Source of the DNA: Mobula hypostoma
Lineage: Eukaryota
Assembly (NCBI RefSeq): GCF_963921235.1
Contig: NC_086108.1
Coordinates: 82,648,001 to 82,712,000, forward strand
DNA length: 64,000 bases
Direction: 5' to 3'
Both the position numbers and the translations under genes were made by a program. The notes beneath the pieces are model-generated. The model saw nothing but the letters and a program-made list of their open reading frames with translations, was not told the origin of the DNA and did no database searches. The stretch's first letter is position 1; every line of letters begins with the position of its first letter. Shown piece by piece: positions 10,245-22,796 of this stretch.

Positions 10245-13200
10245 GAAGTAGGCTGATGCGGGAGTTTAAAACAGAACCACTGGCGTGCTTCAGGAGCCAA
10301 GAGCAAGTCTGCAGCATTTCAATGGTCCTTCAGCATGTCAATCAAAGCATGGTCTCTCCGTCTTCCTCTTACTTCTGCACAAACTTCTTATAAAACAACC
10401 TGCGTCACGTTCCTATGTGCACAGATCAAATCAGCTTCACACATTAAAACACAATAAAGATTTTCTGATATATTTTCGACAAGAAAGACCAACTTCTCCC
10501 CTCCCCGCAGAACAAAAAAAAAGCTCAGCATTTAAACGGGGAGTGTCTACTGTACACGGATATTATTTTCCTGTTAGGAGGGGGTTGTACTGCTTTTGGT
10601 ACAGGGTTGACGAACTCAACCGTTGATTTTATTTGCTTTTCAGATTTGTCATGCTTTTTCGCAGCAGAATGGACGGCTCTAACCCTCTGGATATTGCTAA
10701 TAGAGCCCCGGGTCCTTCCCATACAATGTCTCCCAGCCCTGACGGCTTAAACTGGGATTGGGGCAACACGACGCCATTCCACACACCAAAAAGCTGCCTT
10801 AAAATGACTACTGGTAAGAGGATTAAAGCAATAATGCCCGTCTCTTCTTGATGTGTGCTCGATAGCGTCTCCTTCCCATAGCGCTGAAGTAAACTTTGCT
10901 CCAATATAGGGATGGTAATACCTTTATTGAGTAATAGTTGAGACATTTCTCGGGAAAAGGTTGTTCTGTGAGGTTTGTGTCGAGTTATATAAACTACTTG
11001 TGTAGCTCTGGTTTAACATTGGATTCTTCTATCTTATAGCAGCGCTGAGCTCGGCTTTCCTGATATTGACCAACAGATGTGTTCAGTTTTTTTAAAACAT
11101 TATTTTGCATTTTCATCAAACCTCCTTTCATCTCTCCTTTATTTCTCTCACACCTTTTATTTTCCACAGAGTTCTCTTGTTTCCACGCTGCTGTTGCTGC
11201 CGTTGTTTGGAAATGCGCGCTAAAACACTGCCTGCTTATATGTTTAAGTTTCTGTCTAGCGGGCTCCCTTGTCTCAAGCCAACTGCGGGTCTGAAGAATG
11301 AAAGGGGATTAACTTGTGAACTGCTGAAAGTAGGGACTTAAATGGGCGCAAAATCTCTCAAATGAGTCATTGTGGGAGCCGTTCTAAAGCAATTAAACCG
11401 AGAATAAATTCCTCTCAGCTTTTCCGTAAAGCCAGCTTTCAGTGGGGCTTAATGCATACTAGCGTCCAGTCCATCAGAAGATTTGAAGTAAAATATTAAG
11501 AAGGTTGATTTCTCTAGAACGTGTCCCCCACTCCCTCTACCTTTTCTCACAGTTTTACTTAAAACGTTCAGGACAAGAGAGCTTGCTTGATTCCTTTTCC
11601 AAACTTAGCCCTTTTCTACTTTTTTTTTCCTTTTCTATCTTCACGCTCAGAGTTTCCCCACTTCTTTCGTCCTCTAGTACAAATAGAATAATTTTAGCAG
11701 CCCTACAATAAAATCTTTAATACTACTAACTTGATAGTTTTTCATAAAAATATGTAAAATATTAAAATAGAGAAATAAAAGGACCAACGAAACGCTTCGG
11801 AATTACTCCGAGATGTCTTAGAGTCATAGTCACGCCAACCCTGCTGAACTCTGTCCCCATCCCCCTCCCCCTCCTAAAACAACAACATCTGAAAGTAGAA
11901 AAAAGAATCTATTGGCGGCTGTCAACTAATTAATAGACCTAATCACTTTTACTTTATGAATACATTATGTTTTTCAGTCCTTTGCGCTTTTCTGTCTCCC
12001 GCCTCCTCACCACCCCCCCCCCGCCCAACTTTGCAACCAACCCGACCAAGGGTACCCAACAGATGCTCATTTAAAGGCAATTAATCATTTTGATGTATCG
12101 TTTAAAATTGACTGGTTTCTAGGGACCTCTTCTGACAAGAATAACAAAGCAATTTGCCAGCAGCCATCTCCACGACATGTTATTAGCGCTGGCTTCGTCT
12201 GAGCGGGGCTGTGGGAGAATTAGGCAGCAGGCTGTGTGAATAGATCTACCTGTTAGCGAAGATCTCCTCTCCTACACCTGTACTTCACACACCGACCAAA
12301 AGAAAATCGTTTTATTGATGACAAGAGCCGCCAATTCTCCTTCTAATCTCGTTTAAGAAAGTTTTAGGTGACTGGAATGTCATTTTCTTTCATTTTTTTA
12401 AACAACAGCCCAAAGAAGGAGTTTAAGGTGATTTGAATGTCACAAAGGCAGCGGTGTTCTACATTACTGAATTCATTCGCTCGCACTATCGGAGTAATTA
12501 ATTCCTTTAATGCCGATTTATTGTCAACTTTAAAACCAAATAATTTCCATCCAAATTAATGATCTAGAAACAGCAACAAAATATTATCAGATACTTTGTC
12601 ACGTATTAACACAGATCTTTAATTTACGATTGAGATTCCTATTCTTTAAGTCCAAAAGTGTAATTGCAGAAAATATGTCATAGTCCGACCTATTTTGACC
12701 CGACATCTTCGATGATATTTGCAACAAAGAAGAAAAATAATTTCGCTTTCCAGTCCAAAAGATCAGACAAGATTAGACAAGCCTAGCGCGTTATACTTGC
12801 GTTACAGAAGGGATTTATATTAAATAAATATATACAGCCAGTGCCATTGAATAGAACGTTTCACAATTCGCCGCAATAGGCAAATCATTATTAAAGTACT
12901 TTCCCCCCATAATAACATTTTATGTGTTACTAAATTATTAATTATGTCAGCACCTAAAATGCTCGGCATATATTTTGCATCTAGAAAGGAAATTGGTTGG
13001 CGTTTAGGCAGTGGAACTCTTCTATCCTGAGTCTGATCTTGTGATGATTTGAAACTTCTTCGTTTGAAACTTGACCTTTGCACTGAAAACACAAACTTGA
13101 AGGAACTTCCTGACATTATTTCCCATTTCAACACAATCTACCTTTAGCTCTAAATCAACCTGCCCCTCCAGTTTACACTCTATAATTGAATGAAAAGGAT

Positions 13201-16200
13201 GTTGTAGCGGAATCTTTACCTTCTCCGTAAAAGGTCATCAATTACACGAGATCATGCGTTTCCTTAAAGGTGTACTGTCTAATGTGTGCCTGCATATGTG
13301 AACATACTTGAGGAAAATCTAACCATTGTCTTTCCACTTTAAACATGTAATGCTTCGAAACAAAATAATTCTAAGCAAATAGGCACACGCTCGCGCAGTT
13401 TCTCAATAATAATACTTGTTTTTGTCCGCTGTGAATTGTAAGATAGTCATATGTTCTGTGTTGTACACCTTCTAGGGTCTCACTCGATTAAACACTAGCG
13501 CTGCGTAGAAGTAGATATGACCATATAATTTCACATTAGATCAAATTAGCACATCCACACTTCCAACATGAACTTATTCCTGCCGTGTATTGCTTCAAGT
13601 TACAATCAGCTCCTAGCAGAATTCCGCCGAGTTAGGGGATAATTCGCCCAGGCGTTTGATTCTCTGTTTTTGTGCGACTCCCTCTGTTTCGTAGGCTTCA
13701 TTGGCTGCCTTGCACGTCGAAATTCGCGTTAACCCTAATCCAGTAGATTACCTGAATCACACACACACTCCACTTTGTAATACATACATATTCTTATTTT
13801 CAATAGCGAACGCTTATTCTGTAATGGGGGATAGGAAAGCATCATCCTGTTTCTTGAATTGTGCAAATCGTCTGAATTAAGAGTTACACTTACAGAGAGG
13901 GCTCCCACAAATGGTGTTGTTGAAATCCTGTCTAAAAATTTAGTTTGTTTAGTTTTAAGTCATAAAAAGTGAAAATAATATCACATGACGTGAAAGTTCC
14001 ATACGTGGTAAAAGTTACTAAACACTAAACAAACTAAAATGAAAGATCTATAGAAGTTGGAAGATTAAGTAGTTAAAATGGTGCCTCAAAGTTTGTGGAA
14101 ATGGGATTCCATTAAATATTCGGACAAATGCTACAACAGGAATAGAACAGAATTCTTTCTAGTTTACGGGGCAATGGGTTCTTGCCGCTTACGCTTTGCT
14201 CTTCGCAAATGTATTCCTAAAAGAGGAAACATTTACTTTTCTAATTAGACTCAACCTTGATAATTAGGGGAATATTCGCAACTTGATGACCGGAGCCCGG
14301 GGTTAGAATTGCTCCCGATCAACAATAACCTCCTCTTTACTCGTCTCGTTTCAGTTGCAACAAGTGTTCAGATTTATACCAGGCGCAAATACATTTTAAA
14401 AGCCAAGCAAATATTAAAAAAAACAGGACGAGGGGTTTTAAATGAGCTGCGCTTATCTGAATTAACAGTAAATATATTTATCTCGGATTGTACTTGAATG
14501 GCAAACATGTGTACTCCAAACATATACGCATGTAAGTATTTGCCCTATCCTTCTGCCTCATTCACATCCCCATCGGACTACTGAAGTGCGCCACGAAGTC
14601 CCAGACTGACGAACAGCTGTTGGATTTTAATAAGACCGGAGGTATGTGTTTGATTTGTCTTAGAATTTCCACATCCTCTGCCAAAACACTTCCAACGTCA
14701 TCTAAGTTTGTTTTCCTAAATTGTTGGTAACTACTAGATGGACATATCTCATAGATACGGTGAACGTCTTTCTGTACCATAATGCAATTATGGGGAAAAT
14801 GTCTTTCATTTGAGTATTTTACTTCGTAAGAGGGAACAAGCAGCCTGTCGATCTGCTCGGTCTAAATGTTTGGCGTTTACCTTGGAGATGGAGTGGTGCT
14901 CCTAAGGCGGTTCAATCATACTCGTTGATATCCGGGTTATTTTCCAACCTGTACTAATTCTAGATCCAGTACAAATTTAAAGTAGGAATAATATATTCTG
15001 ACAAGCCTTTGAAAATATTCAGGATTGTGCGCTGTGTTTGTATGTGCATTTGCGTTTGTGCGCGCATTTGTCAACTTGTGTCTCAATACATGTGGCCTGC
15101 ATTTGGCTTGCGTTTGCCTAGGGGTCTTGATGCATTTTGGTGTTACGTTGTTCTGTTTTTTTTTTGCACAGAGGGCACTGTATTGTAAACAATCGTAGTC
15201 AACACACTTTGACAAGACTATGAAGGGCTAGCGACGTTAGTCCATGCCCCAATATCTTACAGATACGGCATAGTATAAGTTAAACAATTATGATAACATC
15301 AACAGCACCTCTGTGATTTCTCATAACAGTAGACGTAAAGCAATTTATGATGTTCTTAGGGGAAAAAAGCTAGTCCAGATACAAATGCCCGCTATCTAAG
15401 TGACATTTCTGATATATTAAAAAAGCGGAACGTTGGAAGGAAGCAACCGTCACTCAAACATGAACATAATATATAAAGGACGTTACAGAAACACTTCCTT
15501 GTGCACCGACGTCAAAAATTAATATATTCAACGTCGTTTACCCATTATTTTAATATTTGCATCAGTATTAAGTATTACAATAACATTATTCGTTCGTTAT
15601 GGCTATAATTACATAATTTAGCAAACTCTCCCTCAGAAACACATACAGCACAAACAGCTTTAAAAGAATGTGAATACAAGTAAAGACTTTCTTCCTTTGA
15701 TAAAGTATTAAGAAGCACTATCCCTGTTATACTTTGACTCGTACAGAATAAATTCTCGAGATCTTAACGGTTTAAAGAAGCATGTGAAGGACTTCATCAT
15801 ATAACAGTTTTTTTCTTCTAAACTTGACTATGGAGAAGAGAAAAATCCATATTGCTGGTCACTGGATTTGACGGCAGTAGAATTTACATGCGGATTTGTG
15901 GCTAGGAGCAACCTAGGCAAGCCTCCCATATCCATGGATTTGCACCTATCTGCCTCAGAGCAGCACAAGGAAGGTCTTTGTAAAACCCTAATCCTGAAGC
16001 AACACAGCTTTACCAACACGAAGGGATAAAAGGACGATAAAACCACAACGTTATGGTGGCAAATCTTCTCTAATCCTTCGATTTAGCAAAACAAAGCCTC
16101 TTGCTATAATCCGGTATTGCTTTAAAAAGCTCAGATTTTGTTTTGGTAAGAAGATGATCCAAACGACTAATTTTCTGAGAGACTAACGCACTCTGACAGC

Positions 16201-17160
16201 CTTAAAAAGACAAAAAAAAGAGAGAGAAAAAAATAAATGCAAACCTCATTCTTTTACTAGGTTTCAATTCAGCTTTTTGGAACTCTGCAACAGGGAAATA
16301 TCAACTTGTCAGCAATATGCGGCAAAGGGGTTTAAATGCCGTCACTAGGAAAATCTGCTCTTTCCCCCCAAACTCGGCTCTATGGCTTGAAACCCTTTTG
16401 ATCATTTTTAAAGCATCTTAAAAGCTGTTACAAATTACTGCCAAGAAATGGCAGAAAGAAAAAGAATCAATTATCTAAATGAAATGAGTTAAGACTGAGA
16501 ATAAAAGCGAATATCATCAATAAGTAATTTGATCTTTCCGTTTCGTGTAAAGTTGCACATTTCAAGACATATTTATAATTCTGCACACAGTTGACATTTG
16601 AACTATCTAACTCACGGTGAACTGTTCCTGTCGGTGCTGCTGGCCGAATGCCTCAGTTGGTACAATGCTACAGAAAGGCATTTTCCAAGGATATTTGTGC
16701 TTTATAAAATACATAATGCATATGCGCAAATTCTGTATCATTCGCTAATCTTGCAGGGTAGTGTTAGGACACATTTTATGTATCTACAGCGTGAAGGCAT
16801 TGCTTGCACGTTGGAGGCTTTTTTTTGTATAAATATTTGGCTATTTTTAGTGTGGATACATATCTGCGTGGTTGAGATACGCATTTATATGTATATGAAT
16901 AGAGAAACGTCTCCGCGCCTAGTGTCTGAATCTCTTTTTGCGCCAAGGACATATTAGAAAATCAAATATCTAGCACTGCAGCTTGGATAATTAAATTAAC
17001 GCTGCTGTTTAAAACTTCAAACTGTTTGGAACAGTTTGTGAAGCTATTGGAAAACCTAAAGCGCATTCGTCAAACTACAACGTCTGTGGGCTCAGAATAA
17101 CCTTATGTCAGACGTAGGTCTCATACACCACACGCAGACACAGACATAGATATACCCCCC

Positions 17161-17166
<6 letters not shown>

Positions 17167-17192
<26 letters not shown>
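17167..17192. repeat. (CA)13 microsatellite
   Basis: Read directly. Confidence 0.95.
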
Positions 17193-18900
17193 GTACCAGG
17201 GTACAGAAGCAGACACATAATTACAATCGGGGCACGCACGACAGACAGGCAGATATACAATCAAGAAAATATTTATGGTACATGTGTACAACAGAGGGAA
17301 CATGCATTGATTTCCGCTCACAAGAAACTGATACACTATAAACAAGTAGGTAAGGATATAAATATCGCTAAAGACGGGTTATCGAACGGACATCTTCCAT
17401 TTATCGGAATTGCAGTTAATATAAGATTTGTGTTATCAATAGAAATTGAGAGGAAAACACAAAAAAAAGATGAATATAAGTTTAAAAGAAACGACAGCAA
17501 TGATTACTTGGAAATTGCGTAATCTCTTGGAGAATGTATGAAAACTGCTGGTTTAACGTTTTTATTGTAGCAGATGGATTTTATAACAGCACAAATTTAT
17601 TATCAGTGCCTTTGTATTCATACACAGTGATATTCCATAGTTTACATTAGCTTTAAACGTGGGAACTTGAAGCACTACTCTCTAGATTGTTAGAAATTTG
17701 ATACAGCGGAGATTAGCAATTACCGTGTGGTTCTCTTTCATCTTTATTGTTGCACAAATACAATTCTGAGAAGGACAGGACGAATGCTCATACGTACAAG
17801 TACGTTTAACTGAGCACATATCACAATTCTCTTTTGTTTAAATCTCCACTGTGCTTTTTGACTTCAGCACCAACAATTCACCAACAAGGCCCACAAGGAT
17901 GTTTTTTGCTTGAGATAGATTTTTATAAGGCGACATTGAATCCTTCTTGAATGAGCCCACTTTCAGAACACAGACTTACGCTCTTTATTTTAATTCCCCA
18001 CCCATGTCTTTACTGACTGTAGGGCTGCCCTTGTTTTCCACTTTTAAAAAACTTTTCCACATTCTTTTCGTAGTTTTTGACTTCCTTGAGTATTTTGGTT
18101 CCTCTATTTCCTTTCTGTTCTCCATTCTCTTTTTCAGTCCCCTTCCATTCGGCACTCGTTCCTTGTAGGCGGATATCCACGCCGCCTGAATTTCTGGCAG
18201 GAGGATTTAAACTCCATCGTGGTTCACTATACCAAGCGTCAGAAGAAGGAACAAAACCGGCTTCTGGAATGCAGGACACGCCACCTCTTTATCTCGGAAT
18301 TAAAGCATGATTTTCAAGTGCTAACAAAAGAAAGTTAAAACCTTTCATTTCAGGCGCCAGATCGCTTTGAAACTTTAGGTTAACTTTATTTACTTAACGA
18401 CAATTTAGTTTGTGTAATTTCGTCGCAGTAGTTCTAATGCAGATGATGCTTCTAGGAAAGATGTATTTCTCCCTCCTAAAACCCTAATCCATTAAAAAGT
18501 TATTCATTGTACCGATTCTTATTCTAAGTCGGTTTTCTTAAACAATGACAGGCCTTCACGGCAGAGAGAGTCCGTTTACAAATCGTGCATATTCTCAGAA
18601 GGAGGAGGCCTTCGAAAACTAGATCCCTGCAAATGACAAAGGAGAACAGATGAAGGAAAAACAGGGGAAAGTTTAAAAATAGACTCAGGTAGAGAAGGAG
18701 GTGCCTGGACTAAGTAGGCATAGAGTGCAGGAGCAAAGGGAAAGGGGGATATGAAGGGGAAGGGTTACCAGGAAAAAATAAAGTAAAAGGAGCCCAGACA
18801 TCTTGCAATCATTTAACAAGTACAGTATACACAGTTAAAGGAATTGTGGAAATAGTTCGGAACACGCCTTCTGTAGGGAAGGGAACTGAGGCGGGGGGGT

Positions 18901-19204
18901 GGGGAGAGAGAGAGAGAGAGAGAGAGGAGAGGGGACAGAGAGGGGGAGAGAGGGGGGAGAGAGGGGGGAGAGGGGGAGAGAGGGGGAGAGGGGGAGAGGG
19001 GGAGAGGGGGAGAGGGGGAGAGGGGGAGAGGGGGAGAGGGGGAGAGAGGGGAGAGAGGAGAGAGGAGAGAGGAGAGAGGAGAGACAGAGAGACAGACAGG
19101 GGAGAGAGAGGGGAGAGAGAGGGGAGAGAGAGGAGAGAGAGGAGAGAGAGGAGAGAGAGGAGAGAGAGAGAGAGAGAGAGAAAGAAAGAGAAAGAGAGAG
19201 AGAG
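18901..19204. repeat. Polypurine low-complexity tract: (GA)n, (GGGGGAGA)n, (GGAGA)n
   Basis: ~300 bp almost entirely G/A on the plus strand; source of the spurious ER-rich and SPL-rich ORFs. Confidence 0.95.
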
Positions 19205-19479
19205 ATGGGGGATAAAACAAGGCAAAAATGTCAATTGAGCGTGATGTTACCTTTGTGGATTTGCGACTCTGGAATGGCGCAAATGTTAATATGAAAACAC
19301 TGGAGGATGGCAAATCTTCAAGCTCTGTCCAAAAATGAGAAAACGATAGATCTGGCAATAAGGACCAAAATACGTCACTGCTATGGAAACTACTAGAAAA
19401 ATTAGTCAAAATCAAAATTAGGTTTCATTTGGAGAAGCATAGACAACCAGCGCAGATTTGTTAAAGACAAGTATGTGTC

Positions 19480-20065
19480 ATAGAGAAATATAGTACTAAA
19501 GTACAGAAATCGGCCCTTCGGCCCACCCAGTCCATGCTGACCTGATATTCTGCCTGACGAAGGATCTCGGCCCAAAACGTCGACTGTTTGCTCTTTTCCA
19601 TAGATGCTGCCTGGCCTGCTGAGATTCTCCAGCATTTTGTGTGTTGCTTTCGATCTTCTGCTTAGTCCCGTCTACTGTAACTGGACCATATCCGTTCATA
19701 CCCCTCCCATCCAAACTCCACCTGTACAAATTTTTCTTCAATATTACAATTGAGCCTGCATCTACTACTTCCACTGGCAGCTAGTTCCACACTCACACCA
19801 CCCAGTGAGTGAAGCTTCCCCCTCAGATTCCCCTTAAATATTTCACCTTACACCGTAAATCTCTGACCTCTAGTTTTAGTCGCATCCAACTTGAGAGGAA
19901 ATGCCTGAGTCCATTCACCCTTTTTATTGCCCTCATAATTTTGTATACCTTTGTAAGATCGACCCTCGTTCTCCCGCGCTCCAGGGAACAAAGCTCTAAG
20001 CTATTCAATTATACTCTACAACTCTCGTCCTCAAGTGCCAATAACATTCTTGAAAATTTTCTCCG
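19480..20065 (-). mobile_element. CR1 LINE 3' end, antisense, nested in the older CR1
   Basis: 3' UTR 'acagaaatcggcccttcggcccacccagtccatgctgacc'. ORF 19823-20008 gives LELCSLERGRTRVDLTKVYKIMRAI, the CR1 ORF2 C-terminus. Confidence 0.8.
19554..19651 (+). mobile_element. Penelope-type terminal repeat with near-intact hammerhead core, inserted in CR1
   Basis: CTGACGA-AGGATCTCGGCCC-AAAACGTC-GACTG. Flanked by gatattctgc (19544-19553) and gatcttctgc (19652-19661), a 10-bp TSD with one mismatch. Confidence 0.7.
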
Positions 20066-21189
20066 TACTAACATGACTGGGTTGTTTGATGATTTTAAAG
20101 AAAAAATACGATTACTGTACAATAGAAACAGTCGTACTTTATGCTCAAGAAGTTTTTACTCTGTGGGAAAGCACTGATGTCATTTGCCTTCAGTATCTTC
20201 ACACTTACTTATATTTGGTAAACAAGAGTCTTATATTATTATTTCTTTAAAATACATGACCGTGGCTTAATTTAATGGACCATAGGCTTTTTGAGGGCTC
20301 TGGGTATTACCCCATTGATCAAAAGACAACATATATTATGGTGATGTTTAGTGTGAACTTCTTCCTAGTTCATGCTTAGTTCAAGTTCAAGTGTAATTGT
20401 CATTCAATCATACATAAGTACCGATGAATACAGCCAAACGAAACCGCATGCAAGCAGGGTGAGTTGAAAACCGACTGACAATAAAAATGAATTCTTCCAC
20501 CACTTCGATGACAAAGTAAGAAGGAAGGTGAACAAAGGCAGTGTAGCCGATGTATGTATGGAAAGGTATTTGATAAAGTGCCATCTAACAGACTTCAGGA
20601 AAATAGAAACATTTGATACGGAAACGACATGACCATTTGTGCATGTAATAGGGTAAGAGGTTGGTAGCTGAAAGCAATGGAAACCAATGCTTGGAAAGTA
20701 AAAGAAGGTTGCTTTTAATTCACTCACTATATTAGGAACCATTGCTCTTTGAATCTGTTCTTAAATATAGAGAATGAGACTTCAACATTAAGTGGGATTG
20801 AATTGGGAATAGTGTTAGCAGCCATTGATAAGCCAGTTACAAAAATCAATTTGAAATCAACAGCTTTACCGACCTTGGAAATGTATTGACTTTGTAAATA
20901 GGAACATCATATATATATAAACACTGCAGGCATGCCAAAACTTTACGAATCATTATTTAGACCTCACTTGCAATTCTCTTCAACATTAGGAAGACGTCAA
21001 GGTCTTGAGAAGTGCATGAAGGAACATTGCCGATGATACTAGTCCTAAGGGACTTCAGTGACTAGCGGACGTCGGATAACCCGTGTTTGTTGTCCTTACT
21101 GAATATCTAATAGATTTATTACTATTTTAATAGAAAAAAAGAGATGTAATATAAATATCGAAAATGTTGCATAGATAACATGGATGATG

Positions 21190-22170
21190 TAATTGACAGT
21201 TTTGTGGCCAAGTATGCGGATGGTATGAATATATCCGGAGGGCAGGTAGCGTTCAGGAAGCAGGAAATTTGCAGAAGGACTTAGATAGTTTGGAAGAATG
21301 GGCAAAGAAGTGGCAGATGAAATACAGCGTAGGGAAGTGTATGGTCATGAAATTTGGTAGAAGGAATAAAGGCATGGAGTATTTCCTAAATGTGGAGAAA
21401 TGCCAAAAATCAGAAGTGCAAAAAGATTCGGGAGTCCTTGTGCAGGATTCCCTAAAGTTCGCTGACAGGTTGAGTCAGTAGTAAGGAAGGCAAATGCAAT
21501 GTTGGGTTTCGTTTCAAGGAATATGAGAACACGGTTCTAATGCCGAGGCTTTAGGACGTTGGAATGCACTTGGAGTATCATGAGCAGATTTGGACATCTT
21601 ACCAAAGAAAAGATAAGCTGTCATTGGAGAGTGTCTAGAGGAGGTTCACGCCAAAGATTCCAGGAATGAAAGGGTTAATATATGAGGATATTTGATGGTT
21701 CTGGGCCTATACTCGCTGGAGTTTAAAAGAATGAAGTGGATCTTATTGAAACCTATTGAGACTTCAACATTAAGTGGGATTGAATTGGGAATAGTGATAG
21801 TAGCTATTGATAAACCAGTTACAAAAATCAATTTGAAATCAACAGCTATAGTGGGTGAGTCAAGGACCAAAGGCCACCGCCTCAGAATACAGGGACGCCT
21901 ATTTTGAACAGAGATGAGAAGGAACTTCTTTAGCCAGAGGGCGGCGACTCTGCAAAGTTCATTGGCGCAGGTGACCGTGGATTGGAGGCCAAGTCATTGC
22001 ATATGTAAAGATTGATTGGTGCTTGATTGGTCAGGACGTCAAAGGTTACGGGAAGAAGGCAGGACAATGGGATTGAGAGGGATAATAAATCAGCCATGAT
22101 GGAATGACGTTGTAGACTCCACGGGCCGAATGACCTAATTCTACTCCTATGTCTTATAGTTTTATGATCT
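21190..22170 (+). mobile_element. CR1 LINE 3' portion
   Basis: ORF 21269-21481 (QKDLDSLEEWAKKWQMKYSVGKCMVMKFGRRNK) and 21692-21907 (LGLYSLEFKRMK; SRTKGHRLRIQG); 3' UTR 'gggccgaatgacctaattctactcctatgtcttat'. Confidence 0.85.
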
Positions 22171-22796
22171 TGTATTAGACATTTAGAGGGGTGTTACTTA
22201 GAACTACCTGTAAAGAAGAATGGGAGGGGCGATAAAGTAACTTTCAACGTGCTGAGAAAGGTGTGGGCGGGGTAAAGGAAACCCCGCTTATGACAGAATG
22301 CGGAAAGTTATAATGTTGCAAGACAAAAGTGAGGGACGAATGAAACGGAGGGGTGTAGGCTAAGTATAAAAAAGGAAAAACGGAATAATTATCTGTAATT
22401 GTTGAGTCAAATGTTAAACTGGTTGTAACTTGCCTCGTTGAAAGATAACTTGCAGATCCATGACGTTATTTGGAAATCCATTGGAACAATGCAGGAGGTT
22501 CACAACTATAATGTCGTAACGTAAATTGGTTGGGTAATTAAGGGGCAACCGAGAGATGCTTGTACAGAAAATGGGGATGGCTGGCACAGAGGCCACTCTA
22601 TCACCATATTTCTCCTCCTGTACACCATGTGCCCGAACCAATGAATGTACCTGGGTTACATTATAACTGAAAAGAAGTACTTGGTTGACGGCCTTGGGCA
22701 GCATTTGCCTTTCATTCCATGTGCACTCAGTGGCCACTATATTGCACAGTCAGTTATCATTAACATTTTTGCCCTTTTCGAAGTCATCTTGAAATG

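Larger units (their letters stand above)
19280..21110 (+). mobile_element. Old CR1 ORF2 relic, split by later insertions (pieces ~19280-19477, ~20066-20095, ~20500-21110)
   Basis: Decayed equivalents of CR1 RT segments: 'ggaaactactagaaaaa' and 'gatttgttaaagacaagt', resuming at 'actaacatgactgggttgtttga' (CLTNL.EFF region) and 'tatttgataaagtgcc' (FDKVP). Confidence 0.55.

Noticed and set aside
15828..16046. 72-aa minus-strand ORF with a possible acceptor (gttgcttcag)
   Set aside because: No recognisable family and no partner exons identified.
18809..19415. 130-200 aa ER/G-rich and SPL-rich ORFs
   Set aside because: Translations of the GA-rich simple repeat.
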